From assembly GCA_964551325.1 (NCBI GenBank), contig CAZKBU010000008.1:82-64081 (forward strand): a stretch of 64,000 nucleotides of DNA. Reading direction: 5' to 3'. The translations under genes were made by a program, and so were the position numbers. Below, piece after piece: positions 60,096 through 64,000 of the stretch (position 1 is the first letter of the stretch; the number at the start of each line of letters is the position of its first letter). Source of the stretch: an uncultured Bdellovibrionales bacterium (GTDB lineage Bacteria; Bdellovibrionota; UBA1018; CAIPTA01). The notes under the pieces were generated by a model that ran no database searches, was not told the origin of the DNA, and saw only the letters and a list, made by a program, of their open reading frames with translations.

Positions 60096-61460
60096 ATGTC
60101 ACTCACCACCTCACAGATCGCACGTCATCTGGGAATCCCCGCCCCGCCCAAGGAAGCCTCCTTCTCTGCCGTCTGTTACGATACCCGGACGCTTCAACCG
60201 GGCGACCTCTTCGCCGCGATGAAAGGCGACGTCACCGACGGCCACGCCTACATCGAAGATGCGATAAAAAAGGGAGCCGGTGCGGTGATGCACGAGGCGG
60301 GACATCCGATTCCGTCGGGAGTAGTGAGCCTTCCGGTGAAGGATGCTCTTCACGGATACCGCGAAACCGCGCTTCTATGGCGCCGGCAATTTTCCTATCC
60401 CGTAGTGGCCGTGGGCGGCAGCGCGGGGAAAACCACGTCAAAAGAACTCATCGCCGCGCTCCTGCGAGGAAAATGGACCGATGCGGTCGCTACCGAAGGC
60501 AACAAAAACGGATTTCACGGAGTTCCTAACACTCTCATCCGCCTGCGACCGTCCAGTGGCGCGGGAGTGGTGGAAATCGGGATCGATGAAACCGGCGCCA
60601 TGGAACAGCACGCACGAATCGTGGAGCCCTCGATCGCCATTCTCACGTCGATCGGGCCGGAACATCTGGAAAAGCTGGTCGACGTAGACACCGTGGAACG
60701 TGAAGAGGCCAAACTTTTTGAGCAGGTGGAACGTACCGGTGGAGTTGTTTGCGTGAACTGCGACGACGAGAGAATCTACCGCCGCGGCCTTCGCCTCTCC
60801 CATGCACGGCCTGTTTTCTACTCCCTCGGAAAAGTTCCCTCCGAGTTCGACGGTCTCGAGGGAAAGCTTCTTGATGATCGAATCGTAGTGAAGTTCCCCC
60901 AAGGTCCAGTGGAGTTCCCCCTCCCCCTCGAAGGGCGCCACAACGCTCTCAATCTGCTAGGGGCCATCACCGTGGCGTGGACCGCCGGAGTGACCCCCGA
61001 GGAAATGCGCGCGGGTCTCGCGAAGTTCACCCCTCCTCCGGGCCGCAGTGAGGTGCACGACTGGAACGGGGTGAAGGTCTTTGCCGACTTTTATAATGCA
61101 AACCCGGTGTCGGTCGGCGCGTCACTCGAAACGATCTGCAAGGGAGGCGGCGACCGGGTGTGGGCTTGCCTCGCCGACATGCTGGAGCTCGGAAAATTTG
61201 AAGAGGAGCTGCACCGGGGACTGTCTGATCCGATCCTCCACCACAAAGTGGGGCACGTACTCCTCTTCGGCCCCCGCATGAAACACCTGGAAGGCGAGCT
61301 TCGCAAACGAGGCTATTCCGGGGAGCTCCGACACTTCGAAAACAAACCCGACCTCACCTCCCACCTCCAAGCCCGGATAAAACCTGGCGACCGTGTAGTG
61401 ATCAAAGGCTCCAAGAGTATGGCCATGGGTGAGGTGTGGGAAGCGCTGCGGCGCGGTTGA
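60096..61460 (+). CDS. murF: UDP-N-acetylmuramoyl-tripeptide--D-alanyl-D-alanine ligase
   Basis: N-terminal ...DTRTLQPGDLFAAMKGDVTDGHAYIEDAIKKGA... P-loop GGSAGKTTSKE. Mur ligase middle and C-terminal domains. Confidence 0.85.
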   Translation: MSLTTSQIARHLGIPAPPKEASFSAVCYDTRTLQPGDLFAAMKGDVTDGHAYIEDAIKKGAGAVMHEAGHPIPSGVVSLPVKDALHGYRETALLWRRQFSYPVVAVGGSAGKTTSKELIAALLRGKWTDAVATEGNKNGFHGVPNTLIRLRPSSGAGVVEIGIDETGAMEQHARIVEPSIAILTSIGPEHLEKLVDVDTVEREEAKLFEQVERTGGVVCVNCDDERIYRRGLRLSHARPVFYSLGKVPSEFDGLEGKLLDDRIVVKFPQGPVEFPLPLEGRHNALNLLGAITVAWTAGVTPEEMRAGLAKFTPPPGRSEVHDWNGVKVFADFYNANPVSVGASLETICKGGGDRVWACLADMLELGKFEEELHRGLSDPILHHKVGHVLLFGPRMKHLEGELRKRGYSGELRHFENKPDLTSHLQARIKPGDRVVIKGSKSMAMGEVWEALRRG

Positions 61461-61495
61461 CCATCCCCGGGGGGGATTTGGTAGTTTCCTCACCT

Positions 61496-62215
61496 ATGGG
61501 TGCACAATGGAAAGCAGCAAGTAAGTCGGACGCGGCCGCCAAACGCGGAGCCGTTTTTTCAAAACTAGCGAAGGAAATCGCCGTGGCAGCGAAACTGGGC
61601 GATCCGAATCCGGAATCGAACCCGCGCCTTCGTGCTGCCGTGGAAGCGGCCAAGAAAGCCTCCATGCCTCGCGATACGATCGAGCGCAACATCAAGAAGG
61701 GCGCCGGCCTTCTCGACGAAGCGATGAACTTCGAGACCGTGCTCTACGAAGGATTCGCTCCCCACAAGGTGCCTGTGATCGTGGAGTGCCTCACCGAAAA
61801 CAAGAATCGAACCGCCGCCGATGTGCGTGTGCTGTTCCGCAAAGCCCAGCTTGGATCGGCCGGATCCGTAGCCTGGATGTTTGACCGCTTGGCGGTAGTG
61901 GAAGCGAATGCTGCCGGCGCGAAGGACATCGAGGAGGCCGCGATCGAGGCGGGCGCGCAAAACGTGGAGCCCCTGGAAAAGGGAGACCATCCCGACGGCA
62001 CCACGGGTGCGCGTTTCTTCGGCGACCCGACGGACCTTGCGTCGATGTCGAACTGGCTTTCAAAAAACGGGTGGAGCGTAACGGCCGCGGAGATCAGTTA
62101 CCTCGCCAAAAACGGCGTGGATCTCACGCCCGATCAGCGTAAAGAGGTCGAAGAGTTTCTCGGATCCGTGGACGACCACGACGACGTTCACCGGATTTAT
62201 ACGGCAATTAAGTAG
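61496..62215 (+). CDS. yebC: YebC/PmpR-family transcriptional regulator
   Basis: ATG 61496: MGAQWKAASKSDAAAKRGAVFSKLAKEIAVAAKLGDPNPESNPRLRAAVEAAKKASMPRDTIERNIKKG is a canonical YebC N-terminus. Confidence 0.9.
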   Translation: MGAQWKAASKSDAAAKRGAVFSKLAKEIAVAAKLGDPNPESNPRLRAAVEAAKKASMPRDTIERNIKKGAGLLDEAMNFETVLYEGFAPHKVPVIVECLTENKNRTAADVRVLFRKAQLGSAGSVAWMFDRLAVVEANAAGAKDIEEAAIEAGAQNVEPLEKGDHPDGTTGARFFGDPTDLASMSNWLSKNGWSVTAAEISYLAKNGVDLTPDQRKEVEEFLGSVDDHDDVHRIYTAIK

Positions 62216-62240
62216 CCACGCCTCACAGTACGCCCAGCCA

Positions 62241-64000
62241 TCATCTCGGTGCTACGGGCACTCCGAGGCCCTCTACCCCGCAACGTCCACTCTGGTCCCG
62301 AACGTTTGCGGATCCCGGGATATCGGCACATCCGTTCCCGTCCCAGTCGATCCGAGTTTGTACGTTCTTCTCGTTTAGCCCCTTGTTTTGGGCGGCCAGT
62401 GGATTCCGAAGGAGCCCCCCCGTGGCGCTGTCCATCGACCCCGGAAGGTCCACGATTCCACCCTTAGAGCGGAACGTGCACTCTGAAAATGATGCCCACA
62501 CGTGAGGTTGCAACATTAACGACGCCTCCGGGTTCGTGTCGAACTCACTGCGAGAAAAATGGGCCACCGTCGGCGCGTCGGCAGCGCCGTTAAGAATAAG
62601 AGGCATCCATGCGAGTGGCGCCGAGAACAAGGAATCGTCAACGTTCAGCAACACGTTTTTGGGAATGATCGGCTGTGACACCGGCCCCTTCAGCAAGACC
62701 TTCACATTCTTGATTGTCGCCGTGGTGACACTGTCGAGAGAAATTCCCACACAACCCGCTGCGCAGGTCTTCTCTGCCCGAATCGTGGTGTTGGTGATGG
62801 AAACTTCCCCCGCAACTCTCTCGGCCAAGATACCCCAGGACGAAGATCCCGCCCCTTCTCCGGCATCAATCTCAACGCCATCCACGATCACGCTTCCGGA
62901 AAAATCAGAGACATGAATGTGAGAGCCAGCTCCAACGAGTTTCGCGTTTCGGACCTGAATCACGCCGGGCTCCGAAAGAGCCGGATTCAGAACCAACGAG
63001 TTGAGGCGATTCTCCTCACCCGTTCCTACGCGGAATCTGCTTGGACCGTCAAACGTGGTGCCAAAAACGCCAATCTGTACCTTTCCCAGATACTGGCTCT
63101 CCACCTCGTAGTTGGCCCCAACCTTTCCTCCAAACTGATTCCATGTAACCCCGGCAGAAACAGCGCCTCCGGCTACCGCGCCGCGAATCACGAAATTGCC
63201 CTTTGTCTCTAGGTTGTGAGCCTCACCGGTTAACTTGCCGCGATTGGTGACCATACCTTCGCCGTGCATCGTAACGCGGTTCAGCTTCACATCGGCCTCA
63301 CCGCTGGCTTCAAAGCCGAACTTCTGCTTTACCTCAAACGCCTCGCCGTGGAGCTTCACGCGCACGTTGGCGTTTTTGTATTCCACATTGAGCTGACCAA
63401 ACTCGGAGTTGAACGGGCTGATGGAAACATCGACGGCCAGATTTCCCGTGTCGAGAAGTTTCAGTGAATTGAAGCTTGCGCCGTCGAAATCGATGTTCAG
63501 CTTCGACGTGAGATTGCCGGCGCAACGCGCGGTATCTACCACGGCCCTGCCGAGCTTCCCGCCATCGAGCTTCATGGATCCGTCTTTGAGGGCGAAGTTG
63601 ATCTTCGCATCCTTTGCGTGAATCTCGTTCAAAGAAAAAACTCCCGCCTCAGCGGCGCAAAGCACCGCGTCCAGCTTGTCGAGCACACTCTTATCGGCCG
63701 ATACGTTGAGCTCCGTTGTGCCCTTGGGCAGGTCGAGCTTCAGACTTCGTAGGGACGACTCATCGAACTTGAAATTACCGGCAATCGGCGTCAGGGATTC
63801 GAGTGAGAGATCGCCAGTGGGGGCCGCCATCGGAGCGGCGGCCAACAGAGAGGAAACCCCGTGATTTCCGCGCGCATCCAGCTCCGCCGCACTCACACCG
63901 TTCAAAGAGATCTTCATGGTCTGCAATGAGTTTTCACTGATAACGAATTGAGCGCCTCCCCCCAGCACCACTGTGACCTTTTGGAAGGAGTTACCGGAAA
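62241..64000 (-). CDS. large repetitive surface or secreted protein, 5-prime truncated by the window edge
   Basis: The frame stays open from 63971 to the window end (upstream codons ...SGNSFQKVTV...). G/N/V/S-rich and repeat-like (beta-helix-like). Cys occur mostly in the C-terminal part, five in the last ~150 aa. Confidence 0.5.
   Translation of the reverse strand, partial: SGNSFQKVTVVLGGGAQFVISENSLQTMKISLNGVSAAELDARGNHGVSSLLAAAPMAAPTGDLSLESLTPIAGNFKFDESSLRSLKLDLPKGTTELNVSADKSVLDKLDAVLCAAEAGVFSLNEIHAKDAKINFALKDGSMKLDGGKLGRAVVDTARCAGNLTSKLNIDFDGASFNSLKLLDTGNLAVDVSISPFNSEFGQLNVEYKNANVRVKLHGEAFEVKQKFGFEASGEADVKLNRVTMHGEGMVTNRGKLTGEAHNLETKGNFVIRGAVAGGAVSAGVTWNQFGGKVGANYEVESQYLGKVQIGVFGTTFDGPSRFRVGTGEENRLNSLVLNPALSEPGVIQVRNAKLVGAGSHIHVSDFSGSVIVDGVEIDAGEGAGSSSWGILAERVAGEVSITNTTIRAEKTCAAGCVGISLDSVTTATIKNVKVLLKGPVSQPIIPKNVLLNVDDSLFSAPLAWMPLILNGAADAPTVAHFSRSEFDTNPEASLMLQPHVWASFSECTFRSKGGIVDLPGSMDSATGGLLRNPLAAQNKGLNEKNVQTRIDWDGNGCADIPGSANVRDQSGRCGVEGLGVPVAPR

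Overview
Everything here comes from reading the sequence and the ORF track. No BLAST, HMM or structure search was run, so family names are motif or pattern recognitions only. The window looks like a GC-rich diderm bacterial chromosome. The lineage cannot be determined; an RRM-type RNA-binding protein, a PAP2_C sphingolipid-type synthase, an OlsB-like acyltransferase and many secreted unknowns are reminiscent of Bdellovibrionota/Myxococcota-like organisms.

Left ~17.8 kb: a lower-GC mobile region, most likely an integrative conjugative element (ICE) whose left end is not in the window.
- an IS3/XRE scar
- an XRE, membrane-sensor and MFS module
- two sigma region-4-only HTH proteins
- a tightly coupled 11-gene VirB/D4-like type IV secretion operon (pilin, B3/TraL-like, VirB4, B5-, B6-, B8-, B9- and B10-like, VirD4, lipoprotein) that ends in a Replic_Relax/PD-(D/E)xK protein instead of a canonical relaxase
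- a long imperfect inverted repeat (candidate oriT)
- three small genes, then a large serine recombinase whose stop codon lies inside a convergent tRNA-Pro(CGG)
- a 54-bp array of four 14-mers, then tRNA-Pro(UGG)

The rest is mostly chromosomal.
- rph-nth-polX
- initiator tRNA-fMet followed by a small islet: a TPR lipoprotein gene bracketed by 111-bp perfect direct repeats, plus a membrane-anchored HNH nuclease
- an ArsR/TolC/RND/DUF2892 operon with no adaptor gene
- a cluster of secreted and membrane unknowns with an unusual radical SAM enzyme and SGNH hydrolases
- a 155-bp MITE-like element with a 9-bp target duplication
- a sphingomyelin-synthase-like PAP2_C protein
- CoA metabolism genes and a MoxR/DUF58/transglutaminase operon
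- a signal-peptide-bearing Fic-domain protein and a Popeye-like membrane cNMP-binding protein
- PhoX, murF, yebC and a 5-prime-truncated large surface protein

The most interesting candidate is the relaxase-less, VirB11-less conjugation module together with its serine-recombinase/tRNA junction.
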